A stretch of 60,884 nucleotides of DNA, counting the filler. It is 8 parts of 8 records of this genome, joined end to end, with 100 filler letters (N's around TTAATTAATTAA, not from the genome) between each part and the next. Parts side by side here need not be neighbours in the genome. Positions count along the whole stretch, not along the records: positions 22,871 to 34,978 come from DRR723986_34877; positions 35,079 to 42,076 come from DRR723986_34906; 6 more parts are not named here. The stretch is one strand, 5' to 3'. The position numbers and the translations under genes are program-made. Shown here in pieces: positions 31,058 through 41,265 of this stretch. The number at the start of each line of letters is the position of its first letter. The stretch's first letter is position 1. The notes beneath the pieces are model-generated. The model was given only the letters and a program-made list of their open reading frames with translations, was not told where the DNA came from and did no database searches.

Positions 31058-31366
31058 CGCTGGAGCCTTGCGAAACTTTGGAAAACTGGGTGGGTTTGTA
31101 CACAGTCTGCGGGAGTTCTCGGTGACGCGAAAGTAGGCATGCTTGCCCTTCTTGCTGCGTTTCGAGCTGCTCTGACCGGAATAGCGGCCGTTGAATTTCC
31201 GCTCCGCTGCGAAGTTTTGAATGAAAACCGGCTTGCGGCAACTAAATTGGAACGTGCGTTGCTTCACAGCCCTCGACTGTGGTCTCGATTGAACTAAGAA
31301 CCCCACTTGCTGGGGGAACCGATATCTTCCAGCTACGTGCTGGTCCCGAGCGAAGAACGACCTCTC

Positions 31367-34300
31367 ATGCTTAAGAAATTTATCCATCTTGGACTCCTGC
31401 TCTGCGTAACGTGCTCAGCATTGCCGGCGAAGGCGCAGGACTTAAACGCCCTTTTGGGGCCGCTCAAAGATGCGCTTAGACCGGAAATCCGCGAGGATCT
31501 GGGGCTGACCGACGAGCAGTTCAAGAAGCTCAAAGAACTACAGTCTCGGCGGCTCAGTGGGGCAATCACGCTGGCGCAGCAACTGCGGGAAGCGACTGTC
31601 AGTCAAGCTGATGAGTTGACCAATGAGTTCGCGGCGGAAACCGAACGCTTGATGCGGACGATCCTAAATGAGGAGCAGGCCGCCAAAGTTGAGAGGAAAC
31701 GCATTCAGTCTGCTGGCATGATGGCGCTTCGCAATGATCGCGTCGCCGAGCAGCTTAATCTGTCGGACAAACAGCGTGAGCTGGTCAATGACTGGGCCAG
31801 CAAGGTTCGAGCTGCCGCGCGGTCTCCGCAAGAGGGGCAAACGCGAGCAAAGGCGCAGCGGGAGATTCGGAAAGCTCTTTCGGAAAGCCAATGGATCAAC
31901 TGGCAAGTGCTTGCCGGTGAAGTGGATCCAGCCGATGCTCCAAAACCTGAGCCACCAATGCCAGCCAAAGCTGCTCCGATGGTTGCCGCTGGCGGTGCTG
32001 GTGACGCAGGGGCTACTCCGGTGCAAATGCCTGCTAAGCTGGCCCCGACAGCCGACGCTACGAAAGTTCCTATTGGCGAAGTACGCCTTGTCATCAATTT
32101 CCAAAACACACCATGGCGGGACGTAATCGACTGGTTAGCCTCGCAAGCCGACATGTCGGTGCAGAACGACATCGTGCCTCCCGGGTCATTCACCTACCGC
32201 GATGCGGCCGAAACCTACACGGTTACCGAAACGCTTGACGTGATGAACGCCACGCTGCTGGACAAAGGTTACACAATCTTCCGTCAGGGGCGGATGCTCC
32301 GATGTCTCAATTTTGAAACGCAAGAGTTTGCCGGAGAAGTTCTTTCTGAGCTGGCGGACATGGTCGACACCGAAGAACTTGCCAAACGGGGCGACTACGA
32401 ACCGGTCAAGTGCTTTTTCAGCCTGAAGCGTCTCGACCCAGAAGAGCTGATTGAAGAAATCGAACAATTGATCAGCATTCAAGGCCGAGTCGTCAGTTTG
32501 CCTGCAACGGGCCAGTTGATGGTCACCGACATGGCAAAGAACGTGCAGGCAATCGCTGAGATGATTCGCCGAGCTGAGGATCCTGCTTCGGTTCGTGGAG
32601 CGGCGATTCAGCGTTGGGTGCTCGACCATATCACTGCGGAAGAAATCTTGACTGTCGCCCGCCCTCACTTGGGGCTGGAAGAAGGCGTTAATGTTAGCGA
32701 TGAGATTACGATCTCGACCAATGCATTCGGAACAACACTTTACGCCAAGGGGGCTGCTGACAAGATTCAGGATCTACAGGATCTCGTCACACAGATGGAC
32801 GTCGAACCAGAAGGAACGGAAGACAACGTTTCAACGGCGATCGTCCCGGTCCTGCAACGCCACCAAGTTGTCGGAATCGATCTGCAACTCGCCTACGACG
32901 TCGTGTCGCAACTGCTGGCGGGTTCACCCGGTGTTCGTCTAGCGACCAATGAAGTCTCCAAGCAGCTTATCTTGCAGGCACGACCTGAGGAGCACGATCT
33001 TGTTCGGACGACTCTGCAAGAACTGTCTGGCGAGATCTCCGATTTCGAAGTCATTCAACTCGAATCGCTGGACACGCTGCTAGCGATTGAAGCAATCAAG
33101 AAGTTCTTCAATCTGACCGACGACGCCGATGGTGAAGGCGGTGGCCCTGTCATCGATGGTGCTCCCATGGCGCGGCAGGTTTGGGTGAAAGGCACCGATA
33201 CTCAGATCAAACAGATTCGCTCACTCCTGGATAAGCTCGAAGCCAACTCGTCCACGAGCGAACTGGATGGGATTGTGCTTTATCCTGGCATGAAGGGTGA
33301 TGCCCTTGAACAGGTGAAGGCCATCTGGGAAATGCGAAACGGTGGTCGTAATCCTATTCGCCAGATTGGCGGCGGCAGCCCGCGACGAACGAGCGGCATT
33401 CCTGAACGTCGGCTCCCGCGAGGGGTCCGCGGGACGGATCCGAACGCTGAAGTCCCACCGTGGCGACGCGACTCAAGCAACGAAAAGAGCGAAGAGTCGA
33501 AACCTGCCGGCGCTGCACCTGCGGCAGACAGCGGCAAACGAGCGGCATTGCAAGGCGGTGAACTACCGCTGGGAAAGTTCGTAGCTCAGCAGGCTGACGA
33601 CACGGCCGCTAGTCCATCCGACAACGCTACGGCTGAGCCAGAGAAACAGCCTGCCGCATCCGACAGCAACGGCAAGGCTGCGGAGCAATCCAACGCGCCC
33701 ATCATGATTATGGAAGGCCCGACCGGTTTGATTATCGCGTCGGACGATCCGAAAGTCTTGGCTGAGTTTGACACGCTTTTGCGTATGGTGACCGACCAGG
33801 CCGCTTTGGCGGTGGACGAGCCAACCGTGATCTATTTGACTAACGTAACCGCCTCAGCAGCCAAAGAGCTTCTGGAAACGATCCTTAGCGGGTCCTCCGG
33901 TTCAAGTGCTGGAGGAGGATTGCTGGGTGATATGGCTGGCGCGATGCTCGGTGGCGGCTTGGGTGCCCTGCTGGGCGGTGGAGGTGGCGGCGGAGATTTG
34001 CTCTCCGGATCGACCGGCATCGCCAGCGGCGACTACTCAATCACGGCTGATCCCCGGCTCAATTGCTTGATCGTCAAAGCAAGCCCTGCAGACATGGCGC
34101 TTATTGAACAATTGGTTGAAATTATCGACCAAGTTGAAAGTCCGTACAGCATCGAAACGCGTGGCACAATCAAGATGATCCCAATCATCAGCCAAGAGGT
34201 CGACGATGTTCTCGCCATTGTTAAATCCGTGTTCGGCGATCGCATACAAGGCGCTGCCAGCAGTGCTGGTGGTGGCGGTGGGCGAGGTGGCCAGCCTGAC

Positions 34301-34855
34301 CCGGCGGCTCTCATCCAGGCGCTTCGCGGTGGCGGACGTGGTGGCCGAGGCGGGTCGACGTCCACGGAGCTGGCTGAGCCCAAAATCTCCTTGGCGGCGG
34401 ACACCAAAACCAACATGTTGATCGTTGGCGGACAGCCAAGCCAGATTGCTGAGGTCGAAGATTTGGTCAAGCAGCTCGACTACTTCGCAGAAGCCGAGGC
34501 GGAAACGCTGGCATCAGCCACACTGGGCGGATTTAAGTCGTCGGTCTACGAATCTGCTATCGGTAGAATTCTTGGGCCAAACGCTAAGACAAACTCAACC
34601 GAATCCACTAGCTCAGGCTCCTCTTCGAGCAGTAGCTCTTCCTCTGGCGGTGGCGAGTCAGATGCTGCAGCGGCGCAACGCCGAGCGGCCTTCTTTGAAG
34701 CGCTTCGAAATCGAGGCGGAGGTGGTGCGGCATTCGGTGGCCGCGGCGGTGGAACGCCAACGGGCGGTCGAGGCGGCGGAGCTCCCACCGGCGGTCGTGG
34801 TGGCGGAGCGCCGGGCGGTGGCGCAGCCAGAGGCGGTGGTGGCCGCGGACGTTAG
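31367..34855 (+). CDS. Secretin N-terminal (NolW/N-domain) repeat protein without a recognisable secretin barrel, with a Gly/Arg-rich tail
   Basis: Signal peptide, N0-like INFQNTPWRDVIDWLA, repeated N-domain motifs (ITADPRLNCLIV, ISLAADTKTNMLIV). Ends in GGRGGG repeats. Confidence 0.75.
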   Translation: MLKKFIHLGLLLCVTCSALPAKAQDLNALLGPLKDALRPEIREDLGLTDEQFKKLKELQSRRLSGAITLAQQLREATVSQADELTNEFAAETERLMRTILNEEQAAKVERKRIQSAGMMALRNDRVAEQLNLSDKQRELVNDWASKVRAAARSPQEGQTRAKAQREIRKALSESQWINWQVLAGEVDPADAPKPEPPMPAKAAPMVAAGGAGDAGATPVQMPAKLAPTADATKVPIGEVRLVINFQNTPWRDVIDWLASQADMSVQNDIVPPGSFTYRDAAETYTVTETLDVMNATLLDKGYTIFRQGRMLRCLNFETQEFAGEVLSELADMVDTEELAKRGDYEPVKCFFSLKRLDPEELIEEIEQLISIQGRVVSLPATGQLMVTDMAKNVQAIAEMIRRAEDPASVRGAAIQRWVLDHITAEEILTVARPHLGLEEGVNVSDEITISTNAFGTTLYAKGAADKIQDLQDLVTQMDVEPEGTEDNVSTAIVPVLQRHQVVGIDLQLAYDVVSQLLAGSPGVRLATNEVSKQLILQARPEEHDLVRTTLQELSGEISDFEVIQLESLDTLLAIEAIKKFFNLTDDADGEGGGPVIDGAPMARQVWVKGTDTQIKQIRSLLDKLEANSSTSELDGIVLYPGMKGDALEQVKAIWEMRNGGRNPIRQIGGGSPRRTSGIPERRLPRGVRGTDPNAEVPPWRRDSSNEKSEESKPAGAAPAADSGKRAALQGGELPLGKFVAQQADDTAASPSDNATAEPEKQPAASDSNGKAAEQSNAPIMIMEGPTGLIIASDDPKVLAEFDTLLRMVTDQAALAVDEPTVIYLTNVTASAAKELLETILSGSSGSSAGGGLLGDMAGAMLGGGLGALLGGGGGGGDLLSGSTGIASGDYSITADPRLNCLIVKASPADMALIEQLVEIIDQVESPYSIETRGTIKMIPIISQEVDDVLAIVKSVFGDRIQGAASSAGGGGGRGGQPDPAALIQALRGGGRGGRGGSTSTELAEPKISLAADTKTNMLIVGGQPSQIAEVEDLVKQLDYFAEAEAETLASATLGGFKSSVYESAIGRILGPNAKTNSTESTSSGSSSSSSSSSGGGESDAAAAQRRAAFFEALRNRGGGGAAFGGRGGGTPTGGRGGGAPTGGRGGGAPGGGAARGGGGRGR

Positions 34856-34905
34856 GCCATCAACGTACGGCGGACGCTTCGATGTATGGCGGGTGAGCCC
34901 ACAAT

Positions 34906-34926
34906 GTAGGGTGGGTGAAACCCACC
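34906..34926 (+). repeat. GTAG-type REP hairpin
   Basis: GTAG followed by the perfect stem GGTGGGT-GAA-ACCCACC. A degenerate copy lies at ~34884-34902. Confidence 0.6.
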
Positions 34927-35078
34927 GAAACCAGGACAACGCAGTTACTAAATCAAGGCAGTTTATTGGTAGTGGACGNNNNNNNNNNNNNNNNNNNNNN
35001 NNNNNNNNNNNNNNNNNNNNNNTTAATTAATTAANNNNNNNNNNNNNNNNNNNNNNNNNNNNNNNNNNNNNNNNNNNN

Positions 35079-35158
35079 CACGGGTGCGCAAATATCTTGC
35101 CTACCATGTGTTTGGCGGAGGTTGGTAAAATGCCGTCGTCAAATACCATTGATTCCAT
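35079..35158 (-). CDS. Start of a possible cargo gene, truncated by the contig end
   Basis: ATG 35158 opens MESMVFDDGILPTSAKHMVGKIFAHP to the contig end. Too short to identify. Confidence 0.3.
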
Positions 35159-35347
35159 AATAGCGATATCTATAAATTGATAATACGACGATTATTCCCT
35201 CCACTAAACCAATTACTGTACCTCACATAACCAGACAGGGTTGGTCTACAAATGGGCACTCTGTATGAGCTAGGTATTGCCTCAAAGCATCAGACAGATT
35301 CACCAAGCTCCTACCTCCGTCACGACTACCAAGCGGCGAGCAACCAT

Positions 35348-38300
35348 TTAAGCCGTTTTTACTTGTTTGTTCGATGTGGTTAGGGCAGCCAGTGTTACAC
35401 AAGCCACGAAAAGAGCGTAACGTATCGCCCAACTGTTACTTTCGGATTTTTTTCCGTCTCTAGATGCACTTTTCCAGTGAGTCGAAAATTTTACCATCGC
35501 AGTCCCGAGAGGGTATTTTCTTATTTTCCCGGTACGCGCCCGCTGTACGTCAACTCTATTTGTCTTTCGCTTAATTCCATTTCGCCAATACAACAACTGC
35601 TGATCTATTGGTATGTCAGAAAGACCTGCCGCAGTTATATCAACCTTTACTGAAAACCTATCTGATAAGCATAGCAACCAATTAATAAAATCAATGCCTT
35701 GGCCAGCGTCGTTTATATAAATATATCCGTCTCTAGCCCTATGCCCATGATGGAAAAGCAGAAGATTGTCCCGCACCGTTAGCCGTTTCTCACTGCAACG
35801 GAAGTCATTGATAATATTTGAGTATACTTCAGAAGATATAGCCCTATGCTCGTTCGAACTTGGCGGAAAAAGGGGGACATGCTTGCGACCGCTTCGACCT
35901 TTATCAAATGCAAGCCTCTTTTTAGCAGAGTAAATTGACGGGCGGGAATGCCTAAAATCTCCTTTCTTATTTCTGCCTGGCACGAATTGCATCTTGCCAT
36001 ACGAGCTCAGAAGATATTCGGTGGTCCCAGATTCGAGCCTGAATGCCAAATCAATTTCCTCAGGTATATTTCCTTGTGAAAATACAATCGCCTCTATCTC
36101 ATTTAAACTTAATTTGTCGAGTCCACGAGCTATATTAACTCTCGACTTCGGCTCCCCGTAAATTTCTACCGTATCCTCACGTAGCCGTTCGATCTCAACA
36201 TCTGGATATAACCGAGATACCCATTCCGTGACATCATCACCATAGCGTTGTTTCCACTTTCTCAGACGGGTGGACTTGATCTCGAGAAAGCTCTGAAAAA
36301 GTTCTAATTGACGCTCTGTCGCGTTCTCTCTTGATTTCCCCTCACCTAACGTTTTTGTCTTGTTTAAATAACGTCTTTGAATAAGGTCCGTGCAATGTAC
36401 GTAGTCGGAAAGTGTGGTACTAGGGGATTGATGTCCAAGAAGCTGCGCGATGAAATAGAGCCCCATGCGTGTGTATGTCCCGCTACTTAGCTCTTGGATA
36501 AGATCGTCTAAATGGTGAGGGTGTGACCAGGGCGGCGTAATGCCATGAAATGCCATAATCAGGTTATTCGCGAATGTGTGCCGCAGGTGCTGAAAGCGAA
36601 CCGTCGGGTCACCCGTAACCTCCCGCATCACTTCATGAACCACGCTGTGTACTACATTATCCATAATCGGAGCAGACTCGTTGTACCCCTCCTGGAACAA
36701 CATCGTTTTGCTACTTGAATTAGTTCTACGCCTGAATTCGCAATATGACCAAAACTCCTCTAATTCAGACTTCGTCAGTAGTAAATGAAGAGGGAGTACG
36801 CGGCGCGAGTCATAGGACTTCGTATCAACAAACGCATTCTGCTTCACGATTAATATTAGTTGGGCTCCCTCAAACCTGACGTTTGGCATGAAGACGTCAG
36901 CTAATTGTACTGAAAGCGCCTCGCTGATCCTCAGACCAGCTCGATAGCCAAGAACAAATATCCAATGGCAAATATCCGCCATACTGGAAGGGCCAGATTC
37001 TAGAATTGCGGCTCGAATAAGCGCATATTCCTTCTCGCAGAGCATATTGGCATCTGCGTTGTCCGCGACGAACAGATTACCCCGTCCACCTATGGCTATG
37101 GGTGGAAAACCACAGTATTGCACCAAAAATCGATGAAACCGAGACAGCACAACCTGGCAGTACCTCTTAGCTTTCAGGTTCACCTTCTGCTTTAGTACTT
37201 CGTCATACGCCTTACTCAGCTCTAACGCACCCTTCGAGTATACGCCACTCCCCCCGACCGTGAGAAAGAGTGGCCCCCCAATTGCAGACAAATAGCGATA
37301 GATCGTGCTGTTTTTTAGCTTTTCTCGGTGGAGCTGAATTGCCCATAATGATAGTGCATGCACAATAGGCGCTGAAGATCTCGCCTTAGCTTCGACCGCC
37401 TTAAGCAACCGACTAACTTCTTTATAAGACGACTTTCTCTCATTTCGTCTTTTATATACAACGGCTTTTAATGATCGAAGCGTCTCCGCACTAATACTAA
37501 GGTCAGCTCCGCTACTAAAGCTCTCATTCAGCGATACTTTTAGCGTACCGATTCCAGCACTACTAGCATTCTCCGGGTCTACGCTAGGCTCCACACAACG
37601 GCCACCGAGCAGCAACTGCCTCCAACGAGATTCGGGTAATGAAGTACTAACGTGCTTTCCGCATGCACTGTCGACCAAATAGGGCGGAAAAGTAAAACCA
37701 TAATCTACCGAGAGGGAGGAGATAGTCTCCGGCATGCTTTTGACCTCTATACCCAAGTGTTGACACATCGTTTTCCACGAGTGGTCAGTAAATTTTCTCG
37801 CTTCAAGTGCATTAGTCAAACGCGGGAAACCAAACCGGCTAACATGCCCCACTAGCAGCGCAAGACTTGGAGCGCTGAGCAGCCATCGCCACCGAATTTG
37901 TATCTTAGCGTCATTTACAACCTGCTCATCGACTGGAGGCTCATCGAAAAGCGTAAGCCAGGCTTGCTTCTTACCTATACAGAGGGTATCTACAAAGAGC
38001 GGAAGGGCATATAGATACTTTTTATTGAGAACCGCATCACGCGTTAGTGCGCTGTACAAAAATACGCCCCAGCTGACATGTTCTTGACGCTCTCTTTGCG
38101 TTACTTGACGACGCTGATCGACATCATGAATAGTCATTGATGCAATCTTGGCCTCTAAGCTATCTTGCCATGCCCTGAACTCGTTAAGGCGAGAAAAAGA
38201 ACCGACAGTAAATCGGCTAGACTCACGCTTCAGCATGTGAATTGGCGCGACTTGTCTAACTTTCCAGCCTAACTGTATTCTCCCCCTCTCTAAGTTTGAT

Positions 38301-38575
38301 GCTAAAAAATTGATTTGATCTCGAATGTCATAAATTGACGCTGTGCCGTCAGCGCTGATTTTAGACACCCATCTATTCAGGACGGTATCGGGTATCACAA
38401 TATCTCGAGCGCCATGAATAAGTTCAGGGAAGTCTGCAGCCACGATATCCAGTACATCTCTCTGGCGGCGGTATTTTTTTCTCAAACGATTGTAAGTGCG
38501 CGCCGATGAACCACCGGCGGCTCGCTCTGGCTCAACCAGTTTCCATCCACTCCATATCAACGGTTCATTAAGCAT
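35348..38575 (-). CDS. Very large (~1075 aa) tyrosine recombinase/integrase
   Basis: Full catalytic set: AGLRISE (R), DTKS (K), QHLRH (HxxR), LLGH (H), TLSDY (Y). Preceded by core-binding-like NSTIYRYL. ATG 38575 overlaps the upstream stop by 8 nt. Confidence 0.9.
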   Translation of the reverse strand: MLNEPLIWSGWKLVEPERAAGGSSARTYNRLRKKYRRQRDVLDIVAADFPELIHGARDIVIPDTVLNRWVSKISADGTASIYDIRDQINFLASNLERGRIQLGWKVRQVAPIHMLKRESSRFTVGSFSRLNEFRAWQDSLEAKIASMTIHDVDQRRQVTQRERQEHVSWGVFLYSALTRDAVLNKKYLYALPLFVDTLCIGKKQAWLTLFDEPPVDEQVVNDAKIQIRWRWLLSAPSLALLVGHVSRFGFPRLTNALEARKFTDHSWKTMCQHLGIEVKSMPETISSLSVDYGFTFPPYLVDSACGKHVSTSLPESRWRQLLLGGRCVEPSVDPENASSAGIGTLKVSLNESFSSGADLSISAETLRSLKAVVYKRRNERKSSYKEVSRLLKAVEAKARSSAPIVHALSLWAIQLHREKLKNSTIYRYLSAIGGPLFLTVGGSGVYSKGALELSKAYDEVLKQKVNLKAKRYCQVVLSRFHRFLVQYCGFPPIAIGGRGNLFVADNADANMLCEKEYALIRAAILESGPSSMADICHWIFVLGYRAGLRISEALSVQLADVFMPNVRFEGAQLILIVKQNAFVDTKSYDSRRVLPLHLLLTKSELEEFWSYCEFRRRTNSSSKTMLFQEGYNESAPIMDNVVHSVVHEVMREVTGDPTVRFQHLRHTFANNLIMAFHGITPPWSHPHHLDDLIQELSSGTYTRMGLYFIAQLLGHQSPSTTLSDYVHCTDLIQRRYLNKTKTLGEGKSRENATERQLELFQSFLEIKSTRLRKWKQRYGDDVTEWVSRLYPDVEIERLREDTVEIYGEPKSRVNIARGLDKLSLNEIEAIVFSQGNIPEEIDLAFRLESGTTEYLLSSYGKMQFVPGRNKKGDFRHSRPSIYSAKKRLAFDKGRSGRKHVPLFPPSSNEHRAISSEVYSNIINDFRCSEKRLTVRDNLLLFHHGHRARDGYIYINDAGQGIDFINWLLCLSDRFSVKVDITAAGLSDIPIDQQLLYWRNGIKRKTNRVDVQRARTGKIRKYPLGTAMVKFSTHWKSASRDGKKSESNSWAIRYALFVACVTLAALTTSNKQVKTA

Positions 38576-41048
38576 TCGCAAAACCCGTTTGAGGTGTCCA
38601 CCCACCCTCACGGAGCAGAGTTTCCAAATATGGAGCCATAACCGTGAACATCTCTATTGGACTCATAGACGAATAACGCCCAAAAGGCTCTTGACCGATC
38701 TGCCAATGCCCCAGATATGCATTCACATATTCGGCATTACACTGAAGCGCGCGAAGCCTAGGCCTGAGGTAATGCCGCCCTAGGTTGATCGGAAGCGAAT
38801 AGCCGGGAATTTGTTCGCGTAAGTTTTCCGGTGTCAGACGCTGTACGGAGCACTCGTCTTTGAGAAAGAATAGCAGTGGAGCGTCGGAGCTGGTTTTATC
38901 TCTCAGCTTATAGATATGTGACCAAGCGCGGGATCCACACGGCAACATCGCTTGTATGGCATCAAGATGTTTTAGGTAGATATCTATCTGTTTCAACAGC
39001 TTATTTGGGAGCCAAACAAGGCGGGAATTTGACTGATAGTCATCATCTTTATCTGAGATGACTACCATGCCAGTTTTCCAATCAATTTCTTGAATGTCGA
39101 AAATCAGGTCATTGACCGCCCGATAGCCAGTAATGAATAGAATCCAAAATGCGATGTAGGTCACCAAGGCGTTGTGACACGCCTCGACGCCGCTACCCCT
39201 GCGTTTAGCCATTGCCAATTCGTGCTTAAAATGCCGAACTAGCTCATGAACAAGCTTAGGCTTTACGTTCAGCTTACTACCGTGCTCCTCTGGGTTACTC
39301 ATTTCCTGTTCAAAATCATAGAAATGATCGCGACTTATACCCAAGTAGGGTGCAAGTCGACACTGCAAAGACCGGACGGCAGAGTGATAGAGGTTTTGCA
39401 GCGCGTCACCACTAACGGAGTAGTAATGAGATGCCACTTCGGTGATGGTGAAAGTATGACCAGTCAACAACGATGCATCGACCCAGTCACTAGATATCTG
39501 ACTAATTTCATCGAACAGGACCTGACTGATTCGGAGGGGTGTTAGACGATACCCGGTAGTTCGATTACTGTGAGACAAAATTTCTCGAAGTCGGCTCTCT
39601 ATATTGCTGCGGAGGTCCTTAGGGAATAGATAATTGCTCCGACCATGCCCTACCTCCCCGTACGCGCCTTCAATACTCCGAATCATTCGAGAAAACCGCA
39701 CCGGACAAGATACTTCGATACGATGATCAGTCGTCATTTCGGCAGACCCGCCAATGCAGTCTAGGATATAGCGATCATTCTCACTTAATTTTCGCTTCCA
39801 CTCAGGGGATCTAATTGGCAGGATAAAAATGTCCTTTTGCCGCACATAAGCGAGGTCTTTAAGAGACTTAGGCACATCTTCGAATCGGTTATAAAAACGC
39901 ATGCTCAGTGTTTCATGAAGAGGGCGACCCAACCACAAGAGCAGCTGAATAAGTGTGGCAACATATGGATCAAGTACCTCACCCGGTATTTCCCCCCTAG
40001 TACCCCGCTCCCTCTCAGCATTCCACTTAGATAGTATCTTCACAGGGAGCCCAGCTGCGACGGAAATCTCGATGCACGTAAGCTGTTGATATCGGTAAGG
40101 TAGACGCTGATTTAAGGAACTCAGATGCTGAATTTGGCTAGATTGACGCCTAGCGTGATCTCGCAAGTTGAAATTGGCCGTGGAGTTATTCGTCGAGTAG
40201 CTCACTCCAACCGCTCTTAACCCCTCAAGCTCCCCAGGATGTAGCCCCGAGCCCCTGGCTCTGCTCCTCTCCTCCTCATCTCCTTGAGATTGGTAGACAT
40301 GTATTTCTGAAACTGGACCCTCAGGACTTACATCGTCACTATCAGCCCGGCCTACACTCATCACCACACTACCTGAAACGCTGCGTCCAGATACGAATCG
40401 TGTCTTACCAAGATTTTCGACAACTTTGTGTACAAGACTCCTCACGCCTCGCCAGACCTCGGCTTGATCCTCCGACAGATTGTCTAAAGCAGCTAAATAG
40501 TCACTTATACGCCAGTCCCGACGCACAGCAAATAGCGCCGACGCTGGGGTTATACCAGTCGCTATTTTCCGTAAAACGAGGCAGGACACATCGATTTCGG
40601 CTCCTAGAATTTTATGCCTTTGTCGCTGCAAAATGGCGCAGTGCAACACGATGTAGAGATGTATGAAGTAGAGCGAATTCTGCTGAATTTGATTTGACGC
40701 AGAGATGATCAATGCAGCCCACTCAGGGTGGTCACTGATGATACCCCGCTGCTCAGCGGATTCATCAACCCACTGTGGTTCCGGCGAAAGCCTTGACGCA
40801 GTCGCACCATCTAACTCGTCAATTAAATCCCCTATGTCTTCCATTGGGAATGAGAAGGTATCAAACCCATCGAATATCGATTCATGGAACGTGCTACCGA
40901 CCCGAACTGCTTTCCTAAGATTGCTAAGAACTAGCCGCAACCTTGTCAGTGACCCCGGGGCATGGAGGTACCTGAGCAGCGAATCAAGGCGCTCCTCGTC
41001 TATTCCGGACGCAGCGGACAGGCGGTAAACTGTATCCTTATCGACCAT
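38568..41048 (-). CDS. 826-aa tyrosine-recombinase-like protein, apparently with two divergent catalytic-fold copies
   Basis: C-terminal ITGYRAV..ISDK..NLGRH..YLGHW. Central LWLGRP..TPLRI..LLTGH...SHYY. Confidence 0.72.
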   Translation of the reverse strand: MVDKDTVYRLSAASGIDEERLDSLLRYLHAPGSLTRLRLVLSNLRKAVRVGSTFHESIFDGFDTFSFPMEDIGDLIDELDGATASRLSPEPQWVDESAEQRGIISDHPEWAALIISASNQIQQNSLYFIHLYIVLHCAILQRQRHKILGAEIDVSCLVLRKIATGITPASALFAVRRDWRISDYLAALDNLSEDQAEVWRGVRSLVHKVVENLGKTRFVSGRSVSGSVVMSVGRADSDDVSPEGPVSEIHVYQSQGDEEERSRARGSGLHPGELEGLRAVGVSYSTNNSTANFNLRDHARRQSSQIQHLSSLNQRLPYRYQQLTCIEISVAAGLPVKILSKWNAERERGTRGEIPGEVLDPYVATLIQLLLWLGRPLHETLSMRFYNRFEDVPKSLKDLAYVRQKDIFILPIRSPEWKRKLSENDRYILDCIGGSAEMTTDHRIEVSCPVRFSRMIRSIEGAYGEVGHGRSNYLFPKDLRSNIESRLREILSHSNRTTGYRLTPLRISQVLFDEISQISSDWVDASLLTGHTFTITEVASHYYSVSGDALQNLYHSAVRSLQCRLAPYLGISRDHFYDFEQEMSNPEEHGSKLNVKPKLVHELVRHFKHELAMAKRRGSGVEACHNALVTYIAFWILFITGYRAVNDLIFDIQEIDWKTGMVVISDKDDDYQSNSRLVWLPNKLLKQIDIYLKHLDAIQAMLPCGSRAWSHIYKLRDKTSSDAPLLFFLKDECSVQRLTPENLREQIPGYSLPINLGRHYLRPRLRALQCNAEYVNAYLGHWQIGQEPFGRYSSMSPIEMFTVMAPYLETLLREGGWTPQTGFANA

Positions 41049-41265
41049 CTCTCACCGATAATTGGTAGCGCACGTTTTCGCGGTGATTTATTAGCCATCC
41101 TTCCACACTGCATTCCGGCATAGGCAATATCAGAAATGGCTGCCAGTGATGGAGTTCCACCATCAACTGCATTAAACCAGTCTCTCTACTGTGTGCTCTC
41201 GCATTATGAACGCACATAAGGATACGCTCCACATATAGCGGGCCCTATAGCGCTGTCTTTTCGAG

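Noticed and set aside
31058-31387. N-terminal extension of the ATP-grasp ORF overlapping the Secretin_N gene start
   Set aside because: It looks like non-coding divergent promoter DNA that happens to lack stops. The conserved domain starts near VAVVGVSGR.
41038-41232. 64-aa ORF as a fourth gene (e.g. excisionase) of the recombinase module
   Set aside because: The position is suggestive, but I see no HTH/AlpA-like motif. It cannot be supported without homologs.
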